Assembly: GCA_965204445.1 (NCBI GenBank)
Contig: OZ241992.1
Span: forward strand, 988,095 to 1,052,094
Length of the DNA stretch: 64,000 nt
Direction: 5' to 3'
From: Dehalococcoidia bacterium
GTDB taxonomy: Bacteria; Chloroflexota; Dehalococcoidia; Lucifugimonadales; JADFKI01
The notes beneath the pieces are model-generated. The model was given only the letters and a program-made list of their open reading frames with translations, ran no database searches and was not told where the DNA came from. Below, in pieces: positions 1 to 9,999 of this stretch. Every line of letters begins with the position of its first letter. The first letter of the stretch is position 1. The position numbers and the translations under genes were made by a program.

Positions 1-1
1 G

Positions 2-1438
2 CTCCCGCGCAGCGAAACTTCGTACTCCATCAAGCGGCCGAGCCGTCTGATTGCGTGGGAAACCTTTTTTTACGCCGGCGATGCGGTGCTGCGCCAGATA
101 GAGCGCCTGCCGTGGAAGCCCACCCGCAGCCAATCGCTCAAGCGCGCCGCCGATTGGATTATCGCGCACCAAGAGAAAGACGGAAGCTGGGGCGGCATTC
201 AACCGCCGTGGGTCTATTCGCTTATGGCGCTGCGCACGCTCGGATACGGGCTTGACCATCCGGTTATGGAAAAGGGGCTTCGCGGCTTCGACACATTCGC
301 GATTGAAGACAACGATACGCTTCGCATTCAGGCGTGCGTCTCGCCTCTGTGGGACACCTGCCTCGCTATGATTGCGCTGCTGGATTCGGATCTGCCCTCG
401 GACCATCCCTCTCTCGCCAGCGCGGCGAACTACCTGCTGAAGCAGCAGATATTGGCGGGCGGCGACTGGCAGGTGAAGGCGAAAGGCGTGCCGCCGGGCG
501 GTTGGGCGTTTGAGTTTGAGAACAGACACTACCCCGACTTGGATGATACCGCCGAAATCGTTATGGCGCTCGACAAGGCGCGAATGCCGCAATCCGCCGA
601 CGATGACGGCGGCGAACCGTCAAGGGGAACTGAGGGCTACAAGTGCCAGGCGATAGCGCGCGCGATACGCTGGCTGCTTGGGATGCAGAGCGCCAACGGC
701 GGTTGGGCGTCTTTTGACAAAGACAATTCGCTGAGAATCATCGCCAAGATCCCGTTTGCGGACTTCGGAGAAACTATCGATCCGCCCAGCGTAGATGTAA
801 CTGCGCACGTACTCGAAATGCTGGGGCAGTGCGGCTATTCCTTGGAGCATCCCTCTGTTCGACAAGCGGTGGACTACATCCTTTCGGAGCAGGAAGAGGA
901 CGGCGCATGGTTCGGCAGATGGGGCGTGAACTACATCTACGGCGTTGGCGCCGCCTTGCCCGCCCTGGAAGCCGTCGGCTTCGATATGAGCGCCGAATGC
1001 GTGCGCCGCGCGGTGCGATGGCTTATCGAGCGCCAAAACGCCGACGGCGGCTGGGGCGAAAGCTGCGCCTCTTATGTCGATCCGGAGTTTCGCGGCAAGG
1101 GCGCAAGCACCGTTTCGCAGACGGCGTGGGCTATAATGGGACTGCTTGCGGCGGGCGAAGGCGCGCGCGAAGCCACTAAGCGCGGAATAGCCTACCTTGT
1201 GGAACGCCAAGAAGCCGACGGCTCCTGGGATGAGCCGTACTTCACCGGCACAGGGTTTCCCGGCTACCGCACAGGCGAGCGCCTCGACAGGTATCCCACG
1301 CCCGACGATCTAATACATCAGGGCAGGGAACTTCCCGCGGGCTTTATGATTAACTACCATATGTACAGGATATATTGGCCGCTCACCGCGCTTGGGCGAT
1401 ATAGGCGCTTTGTGGAAGGGCGGCGCGGCGGCAGGTGA
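2..1438 (+). CDS. shc: Squalene-hopene cyclase, C-terminal ~478 aa (5' end lies outside the window)
   Basis: The frame is open from the window edge (LPRSETSYSIKRPSRLIAWETFFYAGDAV... precedes the listed Met). It has the catalytic DxDDTA motif (YPDLDDTAEIVMAL) and repeated QW-type motifs (QEKDGSWGG, QSANGGWAS, QEEDGAWFGRWG, QNADGGWGE, QEADGSW). Confidence 0.92.
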   Translation, partial: LPRSETSYSIKRPSRLIAWETFFYAGDAVLRQIERLPWKPTRSQSLKRAADWIIAHQEKDGSWGGIQPPWVYSLMALRTLGYGLDHPVMEKGLRGFDTFAIEDNDTLRIQACVSPLWDTCLAMIALLDSDLPSDHPSLASAANYLLKQQILAGGDWQVKAKGVPPGGWAFEFENRHYPDLDDTAEIVMALDKARMPQSADDDGGEPSRGTEGYKCQAIARAIRWLLGMQSANGGWASFDKDNSLRIIAKIPFADFGETIDPPSVDVTAHVLEMLGQCGYSLEHPSVRQAVDYILSEQEEDGAWFGRWGVNYIYGVGAALPALEAVGFDMSAECVRRAVRWLIERQNADGGWGESCASYVDPEFRGKGASTVSQTAWAIMGLLAAGEGAREATKRGIAYLVERQEADGSWDEPYFTGTGFPGYRTGERLDRYPTPDDLIHQGRELPAGFMINYHMYRIYWPLTALGRYRRFVEGRRGGR

Positions 1439-1602
1439 GCGGGGTTAGCCTGGGAAGGCGTTGAGTATCCTGCGCTTGTTGCGAATGCCCCATATAATCA
1501 AGCCATTGCCCGCGCGTGAGAGCGTATCGTAGAATTGTCTGCGAATAATGTCTTATCGTATGCGTCTCCAAATGCGCTTTATGTTGTTCAAAAGCGAAAG
1601 CT

Positions 1603-2910
1603 ATGAAAAGCCCCGTTCCATTTAGACTGATGCGATACTTAGTTACCCTCCCCCCCTCCCAGAAAGTTTGTTCCTCGTTGCGCGCGGCAACTCACGCCGC
1701 GTTGCGAATGGCGGTTTGGAACGCTCTGTTCATCATATCGGGACTGCTTCTGATTGCGCTTGTCGGAGAAGCGTACTTTCGGATGACGACGCCGTTCGCA
1801 GGGGTTAACATCCCTCCTCAGTTCGTGGACGGGGTTGGAATCATCTATGAACCCAACGCCGAACTGCGCTATGCGAACTCGCGCGACGGCCAGTATGTCA
1901 TTTCGCGCGCCAACAGCCAGGGCTTTCTCGACCGCGAGCCTATAAGCGCTGAAAGCGCCGCTGAGGGCTGCCACATAACCTTCATCGGCGATTCTTTCGT
2001 GGAAGCGAGAGGGGTGCATATCGCCGATAAATTTCATGTAAGACTGGAAGAGATGGCGGCGCGCGAACTGCCGCATTTAGCAATTGCCACGCAGGCTTAT
2101 GGAATACAAAACACTGGCCAAATCAATCAACTTCCCTTTTACGATAACTACGCCCGGCATCTGAGCCCGAAGTTAGTGGTTCTAGTCTTCTTCATCAATG
2201 ACTTCCATGAAAACTCAGTTGCGCTGTCCTCGCTAAGTTGGGGACTGGATCCTGACCGAATGCCATATATGTTCGCTCAAAGAGACGCGAGCGGAGTTAT
2301 CAAACTGCGCCCGCCCGATCCGGAATACCAGCGGTTTATGTTGCCAAGGCCGCCGAGGCCGCCTAATACCTGGCGCGGGAATGCTCAGAATCGACTGCTT
2401 CAGGTTTCGCTCTTTGCGAGATGGCTGAATGAAAAGAATATATGGCAGGCGCAGCTGGGGAGCGCCATCAAGCCGGATCGTGCGGCATGGGCGGCTACGA
2501 TAGCCGAGCGCCCCTGTTGCGCATCACTAGCAGACTGGCGACCTAGCGAAAAAAACCCTTTTACGGACACGCATCCATTATCGTCCGTCTATGAAGAAGC
2601 GCTGGAATATACCGCTTTCGGCATAGAGCAGTTCAAGCGGCGCGCCGACCGCGACGGCGTGAATCTGGCAATCTTGTCTGCAACCGCGGTTATGGGAACG
2701 CGGGGCGATCCGCAGTTCGAGCGCATGAGAGCCATCGCCGAAGCGCACGGCATTCCCATAATCAGCGATTACGCCTACAATATCAGGCAGAGACGCGGCA
2801 GATGGGATGGACACCTGCATTTCGACAAACACTGGAACGCCACCGGCCACCAATGGGTTGCGGAAGCCCTCCTAGAATGGCTGAAGGCGAACCAGGATGT
2901 GTGCGACTGA
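1603..2910 (+). CDS. Membrane-anchored SGNH / AlgJ-AlgX-like hydrolase or acyltransferase, paralogue 1
   Basis: N-terminal TM helix (AVWNALFIISGLLLIALVGEAYF), GDS block (ITFIGDSFVEARG) and a C-terminal D-x-H-W block (HFDKHWNATGHQW). About 65-70 % identical to the next gene. Confidence 0.6.
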   Translation: MKSPVPFRLMRYLVTLPPSQKVCSSLRAATHAALRMAVWNALFIISGLLLIALVGEAYFRMTTPFAGVNIPPQFVDGVGIIYEPNAELRYANSRDGQYVISRANSQGFLDREPISAESAAEGCHITFIGDSFVEARGVHIADKFHVRLEEMAARELPHLAIATQAYGIQNTGQINQLPFYDNYARHLSPKLVVLVFFINDFHENSVALSSLSWGLDPDRMPYMFAQRDASGVIKLRPPDPEYQRFMLPRPPRPPNTWRGNAQNRLLQVSLFARWLNEKNIWQAQLGSAIKPDRAAWAATIAERPCCASLADWRPSEKNPFTDTHPLSSVYEEALEYTAFGIEQFKRRADRDGVNLAILSATAVMGTRGDPQFERMRAIAEAHGIPIISDYAYNIRQRRGRWDGHLHFDKHWNATGHQWVAEALLEWLKANQDVCD

Positions 2911-3199
2911 TCGTCGGCCCGGCATTCTCACATTGAGCGCAACTGAGGGTATAGTCCGAAAAGTATCCGCTAATGTAGCGTTTCCTAGCTTGTTAGAAAA
3001 TTTCAAGCCCATAAGCGCTAGTGCTGCCCGATAAGCGCCACAAGGCGAGAATGCCCGCCGCCTCACGCTATTATTGCCCGCGCATAAGAGCCTATCGTAT
3101 GATTATCCGCGCATAAAGTCTTCTTATCATATACGCCTTTCGAAGATGCCTTATGTTGTTCAGTAGCGAAAACTATGAAACCCCGTTCCATTCAGCCTA

Positions 3200-4507
3200 A
3201 TGCGCTACCTAATTCTACCCTCCCGGAAGTATGTTAACGCGTTGCGAGCGACAACTCGAACCGCGCTGCGGATGGCGGCTTGGAACGCTCTGTTCATCAT
3301 CTCAGGTCTGCTGCTGATTGCGCTTGCCGGCGAGGCGTACTTTCGGTTGACAAGGCCCTTTATGCAGACTAGCGCTCATTTTCAGTTCGTAGATGGAGTT
3401 GGGCTTATCCGGGAACCCAACTCTGAATTGCGCTATACGAACTTGAGCGAGGATATATACACCGCTTCGCGCATCAATAGCCAGGGCTTTCTCGACCGCG
3501 AACCCGTCAGCGCTGAACGCGCCGCCGAGGGTTGCCGCATAGCCTTCATCGGCGATTCTTTCGTGGAAGGGCGGGAGGCGCCCATCGCCGATAAATTTCA
3601 TGTCAGACTGGAAGAGATGGCGGCGCGCGAACTGCCGCATTTGAACATTGCCACGCAGTCTTATGGAATATGGGGCACAGGCCAAATACATCAGCTTCCG
3701 TTTTACGATAACTACGCACGGCATCTGAACCCGAAATTGGTTGTGCTGAGCTTCCATCTCAATGACTTCGTCGACAATTCAACTGCGCTGCGTTCGCTAA
3801 GGTTCGGCCTAGATCCTGACCGAATGCCATATACGTCCGCTCAAAAAGACGCGAGCGGGGTTATGAAACTGCGCCCGCCCGATCCGGAATATCAGCGGTT
3901 TATACTGCCAAGGCCGCCGAAGCAACCGAAGTCCTGGCGCGAGAATGCGCATGATCGGCTGCTTCGGGTTTCATACTTTGCGATATGGCTGAATGAAAAG
4001 AATATATGGCGGGCATCAGCAAGAGACCACAGGAAGCCCGATCGTGCGGCGTGGGCGGCTACAATAGCCGAGCGTCCCTGTTGCGCATCACTAGCAGACT
4101 GGCGACCTAGCGAAAACTTCCCTTTTACAACGGACGCGGAGCGCGAAAAAGATCCTTTTACGAGGGACGCGCAACTATCGCCCGTCTATGAAGAAGCGCT
4201 GGAATACACCGCTTTCGGCATAGAGCAGTTCAAGCAGCGCGCCGACCGCGACGGCGCTGCGCTTGCAATACTTGCAGCCACCGATAGTATGGGAACGCGG
4301 GACGATCCTCAGTTCGAGCGCCTAAACTCCATTGCCGAACCGCTCGGCATTCCCGTAATCAGCCAGTACGATTACGTCCTCAGACAGGGACACAATTACC
4401 AGGACGCCCGATGGCATTACGACTTCCATTGGAACGCCACCGGACACCAATGGGCGGCCGAAGCCATCCTCGAATGGTTGAAAGAAAACCAAGAGGTGTG
4501 CGACTGA
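3200..4507 (+). CDS. Membrane-anchored SGNH / AlgJ-AlgX-like hydrolase or acyltransferase, paralogue 2
   Basis: Same architecture as 1603..2910 (IAFIGDSFVEGRE, YDFHWNATGHQW). The upstream about 120 bp is also duplicated. A 2-bp difference near the ancestral ATG (3175) moves the start to 3200. Confidence 0.6.
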   Translation: MRYLILPSRKYVNALRATTRTALRMAAWNALFIISGLLLIALAGEAYFRLTRPFMQTSAHFQFVDGVGLIREPNSELRYTNLSEDIYTASRINSQGFLDREPVSAERAAEGCRIAFIGDSFVEGREAPIADKFHVRLEEMAARELPHLNIATQSYGIWGTGQIHQLPFYDNYARHLNPKLVVLSFHLNDFVDNSTALRSLRFGLDPDRMPYTSAQKDASGVMKLRPPDPEYQRFILPRPPKQPKSWRENAHDRLLRVSYFAIWLNEKNIWRASARDHRKPDRAAWAATIAERPCCASLADWRPSENFPFTTDAEREKDPFTRDAQLSPVYEEALEYTAFGIEQFKQRADRDGAALAILAATDSMGTRDDPQFERLNSIAEPLGIPVISQYDYVLRQGHNYQDARWHYDFHWNATGHQWAAEAILEWLKENQEVCD

Positions 4508-4567
4508 TACGCAGCAGCTGCCTATCTCTACACCGACTTTGCGCCTCTGAGCCTTTGCGTTAATGCT

Positions 4568-6280
4568 GTGAACGATTATATGGATAAATGCGAATATCCC
4601 CCCACATTCGACGGCGTTCTGGCAGTCCAAGAACGCCTGCTGTCCCCCGACGGCTGCCCGTGGGATCGCCGCCAAACGCCGCTGTCCCTGCGCGATATGC
4701 TGCGCGAAGAATGCCACGAACTACTCGACGCCATGGCGTCTGGCAGCGCCGCCGATGCGGCCGAAGAGATGGGTGATGTGCTGCTGCATATCCTATTCCA
4801 AATACGCTTGAGCGCCGCCGCCTATGAGCGAGTAGCGCCGGAACGGGCGCATATTCACTACCCCTTCACGCAAGCCGACGCATTCCGCATAGTCCAACAG
4901 CGCCTTACGCAATGCCTCGCGCGCGTCAGCGAAAGCGGCGGCACAGACTGCGGTGCTACTGGCGGCGCATCCGTCCCCGCGGCAATCTGCGATATTCCGG
5001 ACGTCTGCTTACGGCGTGATAGCGATGCCGATGCTGATGCCGCAACCGCCCACGATGCAACTGCCGATGCCGATGCCGACGCCGCAACCGCCCACGATGC
5101 GCCTACTCGCAATGAGACTGCGGCAGTCCCGCAACCCAACTTTGCGGCGACCTGGGCGCTTATCGCAGACGCTTTCGGCGCAAACGGCGGCTTGCGCCAT
5201 ATGGACGCATCGCCCCAAGCGCGGGCGCCGCTCATTCGGCGCGCCTGCTATGCGCTTATGGAAAGCATAGACCCAATTGTGAACGGCGAAGAGCGCCCTA
5301 TCGCGGAAGCGGTCGCCGATGCGCTGTTCGCGGTGATGTTCGCTATGTGGCAGGCCGAAGAGCGCGGCGAGTTCGCGGCGGCGGATGTGTTCGGTGCGCT
5401 CATCGCCAAACTTGTGCGCCGCCATCCGCATGTGTTCGGCAATGCGGTGGTGTCCGACGCCGGCGAAGTCATCGCCAATTGGCACGCCATCAAGCGCTCC
5501 GAAAAGCCCGCCGACGCATCGCCCCTGGACGGCGCGCCCAAAAGCCTGCCCGCGCTGGCATACGCCCAAGCGCTCCAAACCCGCGCCGCCCGCCTTGCCT
5601 TCGACTGGGACGAATACGCCGCCGTAGTGTCCAAAGTATCCGAAGAGATCGACGAACTCCAAGCCGCCGCTACGCCCGCCGAGCGCCTAGCCGAGTACGG
5701 CGATCTGCTCTTCTCCATAGTGAACGCTGTCCGATGGCTAGACATAGACGCCGAATCCGCGCTGAGCAAGTGGAACCGCCGGCGCTTTCGCAATCTATGC
5801 GCTGTCGACGAAGCGCCGTCAAGCGCCGCCAATGCGCTGCCCAGTGTCGACATATCGACGCTGGCAAGCGCAATCCGGCCGGGCGCAGCAAGCGCGCTGC
5901 AGTTCGCCCAAGCGCTTCAGTCCCGCCTAAACGCCGACGATTACGCCACTTACGCCGTTTTGGATGAGCGCCGCCTGCCGCTGCCGCGCGCATTCGACAT
6001 AGCGCATCGGCTTAGCGCGCTTGGCGCATCCGCCGACGTCGATTCGCGCGAAACGGTTCGCATCGAGGCGGCCGATATACTCTACACGGCGGCGCAAGCG
6101 GGGCAGATCGTAGGGTTGGACGCCGAGGATGCGCTGCGCCGCGCAAGCGCCCGATTCTACCGCCGCTTCAAGCAGATGGAGCGCATATGCCGCCGGCGCG
6201 GCCAAGATTTCGGCGCGCTGCCAATGGACGCCAAAGAGGCTCTGTGGCAGCAGGCAAAGACCGAACTCGCCGCCGATTAG
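4568..6280 (+). CDS. mazG: MazG-family nucleoside triphosphate pyrophosphohydrolase, expanded (570 aa)
   Basis: CPWDRRQT...EECHELLDA...EEMGDVLLHILF, KLVRRHPHVFG, a second module SEEIDEL...EYGDLLFSIVNAVRWLDIDAE, and the C-terminal ARFYRRFKQME. GTG start as listed; an in-frame ATG at 4580 is an alternative. Confidence 0.8.
   Translation: MNDYMDKCEYPPTFDGVLAVQERLLSPDGCPWDRRQTPLSLRDMLREECHELLDAMASGSAADAAEEMGDVLLHILFQIRLSAAAYERVAPERAHIHYPFTQADAFRIVQQRLTQCLARVSESGGTDCGATGGASVPAAICDIPDVCLRRDSDADADAATAHDATADADADAATAHDAPTRNETAAVPQPNFAATWALIADAFGANGGLRHMDASPQARAPLIRRACYALMESIDPIVNGEERPIAEAVADALFAVMFAMWQAEERGEFAAADVFGALIAKLVRRHPHVFGNAVVSDAGEVIANWHAIKRSEKPADASPLDGAPKSLPALAYAQALQTRAARLAFDWDEYAAVVSKVSEEIDELQAAATPAERLAEYGDLLFSIVNAVRWLDIDAESALSKWNRRRFRNLCAVDEAPSSAANALPSVDISTLASAIRPGAASALQFAQALQSRLNADDYATYAVLDERRLPLPRAFDIAHRLSALGASADVDSRETVRIEAADILYTAAQAGQIVGLDAEDALRRASARFYRRFKQMERICRRRGQDFGALPMDAKEALWQQAKTELAAD
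5024..5107 (+). repeat. 42-bp tandem duplication inside mazG (DADADAATAHDATA / DADADAATAHDAPT)
   Basis: gatgccgatgctgatgccgcaaccgcccacgatgca at 5024 is repeated as gatgccgatgccgacgccgcaaccgcccacgatgcg at 5066. Confidence 0.8.
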
Positions 6281-6357
6281 CGGTTACGCATCGGACATTC
6301 ACGCCCGCCGATAATCCGATATGCGCCGCGTGCGCTGACCGCCCTGTCTATCTCACA

Positions 6358-7938
6358 TCACAGATTGCGTATCGACGGAAACTTCAGCGCCAGCGCCAGT
6401 GCGGCCACGGCTACCAGCGCGCATGCTATCAGCGTGGCGGCGGGCGCTCCCATTCGTTGCGCTATAGCCCCCGCCGCAAGGCTGCCAAGCGGCATTGCGC
6501 CGAATGTCAGGATGTATATGCCCGAAACCCTGCCGCGAATGTCATCGGGCAATACGCTTTGCATCGTTGCGCCCGTAACCGAAAAGAACGCCATCGTTCC
6601 CACGCTGCTCAGTGCCGCCAACGGATACGCCAGCGCGATTGACGAGTTTAGCGCAAACGCCGCCATTGACGCGCAGCACAGCGCTATGCTGCCGAAGATG
6701 ATCCAGCCCTTGCGCGCAACATCACCCACCGACGCCAGCGTCAGCGTGCCTATGACGAAGCCGGCGCCAACCGCGGACATCAGCAGCCCAAGCCGCGTAG
6801 GCCCCACATCGAACACCTCTGCGGCATACACCGGTATTAGCCCGTGCATAAACGGGGACACCAGCACCGCCGGCAGAAAGCCGAACAGCAGCAGCCCCAG
6901 CACAACCGAATGCTCGCGAATGTAGCGCGCGCCCTCTAGAATGTCCGCGATTGCGCCACGCGCGCTTAGGCGGGACTTGGGGACGCTCGGCGTAACGCGC
7001 AGTCCAAGTATCACCGCGGCGGCGCACGCCATTATCGCGCCCTCCAGCAGCAGCGCCGCGCCCGCCCCCGCAAACGCAAGCAATGCGCCGCCCACCGCAG
7101 GGATGGCGAGCCGAGTTAGACTGAACGCCAGCGAGTTCAGCGCAAAGGCGTTCACCAGGTTATGGCGCGGCACCGTGGCTGGTATCAGCGTCATTCGCGC
7201 AGGATCGGTTATCACCCACGACACGCCCATCAGGAATACGAAGCCGAATATGTGCCAGGCGTTCACTTCGCCCAACAGCGCCAGCGCCCCGAAGCCGGAC
7301 GCAAGCAGCGCCTGATACACGAACACGCCCGCAAGCAGTTTGCGCTTGTTCCACCTATCCACAAGCAGCCCGCCCAAGGGGCCGGCAAGCAAAATCGGCA
7401 GCGCGTCCAAGCCCATCGCCACGCTTGTGAGCAGCGCCGATTCGGTAATCCGATAGGTAAGCCAGCCGATGACCACCTGCTGCAGCCAGAACGCCCCGCT
7501 GAAGAACAGCGTGGACGCCCATAGGAAGCGGTAGCCTACATAGCGAAACGAATCGAAGGTATGCACGCGCATAGGGCGCATATGCGGCATGCGCGCGCGA
7601 ATGCGGGGATGCGGAATGTGCGGATGCGGGATATGCGGCCGCATAACGCGCGGCGATATGCGCGGATGCGGGACGCGCGGGCGAATGCGGCGCGGCGGCG
7701 CTATGGGCGCCGATACGGCGTCCGCCGGCTCGACTATGATTTCGCCCACGGGATGGGCGGCCGCTACGCCCTGCTGTTCGGGCGTGGGCTGCAGGCTAAC
7801 CGCCGGCTCCGTCGCCTCTGCGGGAACGAGGCTCTTTACCGACTGCTCTGCAGCGTCCGACGGGGTAGTAGGTTTGAGGTCCGTAGATAAGGTGTAGCTT
7901 TCAGGTTTGCGAAACGCGCCAGACCCGTTCTTATTCAC
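6358..7938 (-). CDS. MFS transporter (12-TM type) with a possible ~130-aa low-complexity N-terminal extension
   Basis: Multiple hydrophobic helices after FRYVGYRFLWASTLFFSGAFW, with an LVDRWNKRKLL loop typical of MFS. The N-terminal part is Pro/His/Arg-rich. The start is uncertain (GTG 7938 versus the internal Met cluster MPHMRPMRV). Confidence 0.8.
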   Translation of the reverse strand: MNKNGSGAFRKPESYTLSTDLKPTTPSDAAEQSVKSLVPAEATEPAVSLQPTPEQQGVAAAHPVGEIIVEPADAVSAPIAPPRRIRPRVPHPRISPRVMRPHIPHPHIPHPRIRARMPHMRPMRVHTFDSFRYVGYRFLWASTLFFSGAFWLQQVVIGWLTYRITESALLTSVAMGLDALPILLAGPLGGLLVDRWNKRKLLAGVFVYQALLASGFGALALLGEVNAWHIFGFVFLMGVSWVITDPARMTLIPATVPRHNLVNAFALNSLAFSLTRLAIPAVGGALLAFAGAGAALLLEGAIMACAAAVILGLRVTPSVPKSRLSARGAIADILEGARYIREHSVVLGLLLFGFLPAVLVSPFMHGLIPVYAAEVFDVGPTRLGLLMSAVGAGFVIGTLTLASVGDVARKGWIIFGSIALCCASMAAFALNSSIALAYPLAALSSVGTMAFFSVTGATMQSVLPDDIRGRVSGIYILTFGAMPLGSLAAGAIAQRMGAPAATLIACALVAVAALALALKFPSIRNL

Positions 7939-8217
7939 TTATGTTGACTTTGCCCTCCAATCCCGTTGGCTAAGCTAACCTGCGCGTCTGATTTTCATCA
8001 ATCAGGTGAACGAAATTCTAGCAAAGATATTAGACACTGCATAGGTTAATTTCGGCTAATTTGCAAACGCAAAATCACGGCTTTTAGGCGCAATTTAGAC
8101 GCAGTAAATACACCGCATAAATACAAGGCGCATCGCGGCGTATCACGGCGCATCGACGCAATCCCAACCGCCCGACGGCGTCCAATCGGCGGCGCTTGCG
8201 ATGCGGCGCGATATGGT

Positions 8218-9018
8218 ATGCTTTGGCGCATGGACGGGCGAAAGATACGGCTAATCACGGCGGGCTTCAGGCGCCGCGCGGCGCTGGACACGGCGGTTTC
8301 GCGCGCGCTGCTGCGGCAGGTGTCCGACGGCGCAGAGCCGGAGACGCTGCGCCTCTACACGCCCGCCGACGTGGTGGCTTTCGGCCCATTGGATACGCGC
8401 TCCGACGGATACGCCGCGGCGGTGGCGGCGGCGCGCAAGGGCGGCTTTGAGGCGATAGAGCGGCTTGCGGGCGGACGCGCGGCGGTGTTTCACTCAAAGA
8501 CAATCGCATTCTCTTGGACGATGCCCGCCCATTCGCCCGGCGCTGAAGTTATGGCGCGCTTCGAAGAGACGGCGGACATTATGGCAAGCGCGCTGCGGCG
8601 GCTCGGCGTTGACGCGCGCATAGGCGCCGTGGAGGGCGAATACTGCCCCGGCCAGCATAGCGTCAACGCGCGCGGCGAGCGCAAACTTATGGGCGTGGGA
8701 CAGCGCCTCATCCGCAGCGCGGCGCACATCGGCGGCGTTGTGGTTGTGGCGGACAGCCGCCGCATCCGCGACATACTCGATCCCGTCTATGCGGCGCTGG
8801 GCATAAATTGGCGGCCTAATGCCGTCGGCAGCGTCGAAGACGAACTTGGCGGCGCAGACTACGGCGTCGTGATGCAGGCTATACTAGCCGAATTCGCCGC
8901 CCGCTACGAACTCTACGACGGCGCGCTGTCCCCTGAAACCCTGCGCCTAGCCGAAACGCTGGAAGCGCAGCATCTTGCGCCCGCCGACGCCGACACCCCA
9001 ACATCTTGCGCCCACTAA
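8218..9018 (+). CDS. Lipoate/biotin protein ligase family (BPL_LplA_LipB catalytic domain) protein
   Basis: RLYTPADVVAFGPLD, GGRAAVFHSKTIAFSW, CPGQHSVNARGERKLMGVGQR (conserved Lys-x-x-G-x-x-Q). Confidence 0.7.
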   Translation: MLWRMDGRKIRLITAGFRRRAALDTAVSRALLRQVSDGAEPETLRLYTPADVVAFGPLDTRSDGYAAAVAAARKGGFEAIERLAGGRAAVFHSKTIAFSWTMPAHSPGAEVMARFEETADIMASALRRLGVDARIGAVEGEYCPGQHSVNARGERKLMGVGQRLIRSAAHIGGVVVVADSRRIRDILDPVYAALGINWRPNAVGSVEDELGGADYGVVMQAILAEFAARYELYDGALSPETLRLAETLEAQHLAPADADTPTSCAH

Positions 9019-9111
9019 CGCCGGCATCCCAACGCTTTGCGCCTTTGCGTTGATACGAATTTATGCGATATTTGTATCAATGAAACTACGGACGGCTACA
9101 CGCCGCCCCGC

Positions 9112-9867
9112 CTACTGCGCCACAAGACCGCCGTCTATCACCAGCTCGCTGCCGGTTACAAACGATGCGTCGTCGGACGCCAGGAACAGGACGCCGTTGG
9201 CTATGTCATCCACATTGCCAAGCCGGCCGAGCGGGATGCGGTCGTAGTAGTCTTGCTCGATCTCAGGGTCGGCGAGTATCTCTTCGGTCATTGCGGTAAC
9301 GATCATGCCGGGATGCACGGAGTTGCAGCGAATGTTGTCGCGGGCGTACTGCACGGCGGTCGACTTGGTGAGCAGCCGCACGGCGCCCTTGCTTGACTGA
9401 TAGGCGGCGGTGGCGTTTCGGCTGCCTATAAGCCCCGCTATGGACGATATGTTCACGATGGAGCCGCCGCCCGCAGCGCGCAGCGCCGGAATCGCAGCCT
9501 TTGTGCCGAGAAACACGCCCTTGGCGTTCACATCCAACACCCTATCCCACTCATCAACGCTGGTCTCTTCCAAGCCTTTGCGCAACAGAATGCCGGCGTT
9601 GTTGACCAGAATGTCGAGCCTGCCGTAGCGGTCGACGGCGGTCTGCACGGCGGCGTCCCATTCGACGGCGCTGGTTACGTCCAGATGCGTATAGGCGGCA
9701 TCGCCGCCCAGTTCGGCTATCTGCGCCTCAAGCTTTCTGCCGTCTTCGTCCAGAATATCGGCAATGACCACCTTTGCGCCCTCGCTTGCGAACAGCAGCG
9801 CTTCGGCGGCGCCCTGCCCGCGCGCCCCGCCGCTTATGAGCGCAACCTTGCCGTCAAGCCTTCCCAT
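9112..9867 (-). CDS. Short-chain dehydrogenase/reductase (SDR)
   Basis: GKVALISGGARGQGAA (TGxxxGxG), NNAG and YQSSK catalytic motifs. I place the start at ATG 9867 because GGAGG lies about 8 nt upstream; the ORF-track start at 9966 adds an implausible leader. Confidence 0.88.
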   Translation of the reverse strand: MGRLDGKVALISGGARGQGAAEALLFASEGAKVVIADILDEDGRKLEAQIAELGGDAAYTHLDVTSAVEWDAAVQTAVDRYGRLDILVNNAGILLRKGLEETSVDEWDRVLDVNAKGVFLGTKAAIPALRAAGGGSIVNISSIAGLIGSRNATAAYQSSKGAVRLLTKSTAVQYARDNIRCNSVHPGMIVTAMTEEILADPEIEQDYYDRIPLGRLGNVDDIANGVLFLASDDASFVTGSELVIDGGLVAQ

Positions 9868-9999
9868 AGCGAACCTCCGAATGCGTACTTGGCGTTTGGC
9901 GTATTGTAGAGTAACGGGTTGTGAGCAAGTATAAGTTGGGCGGCGGCCCGTCTGCGCCACCATCACTAACGGACTAGCCGCGCTAGGCTTGCGTATGCG

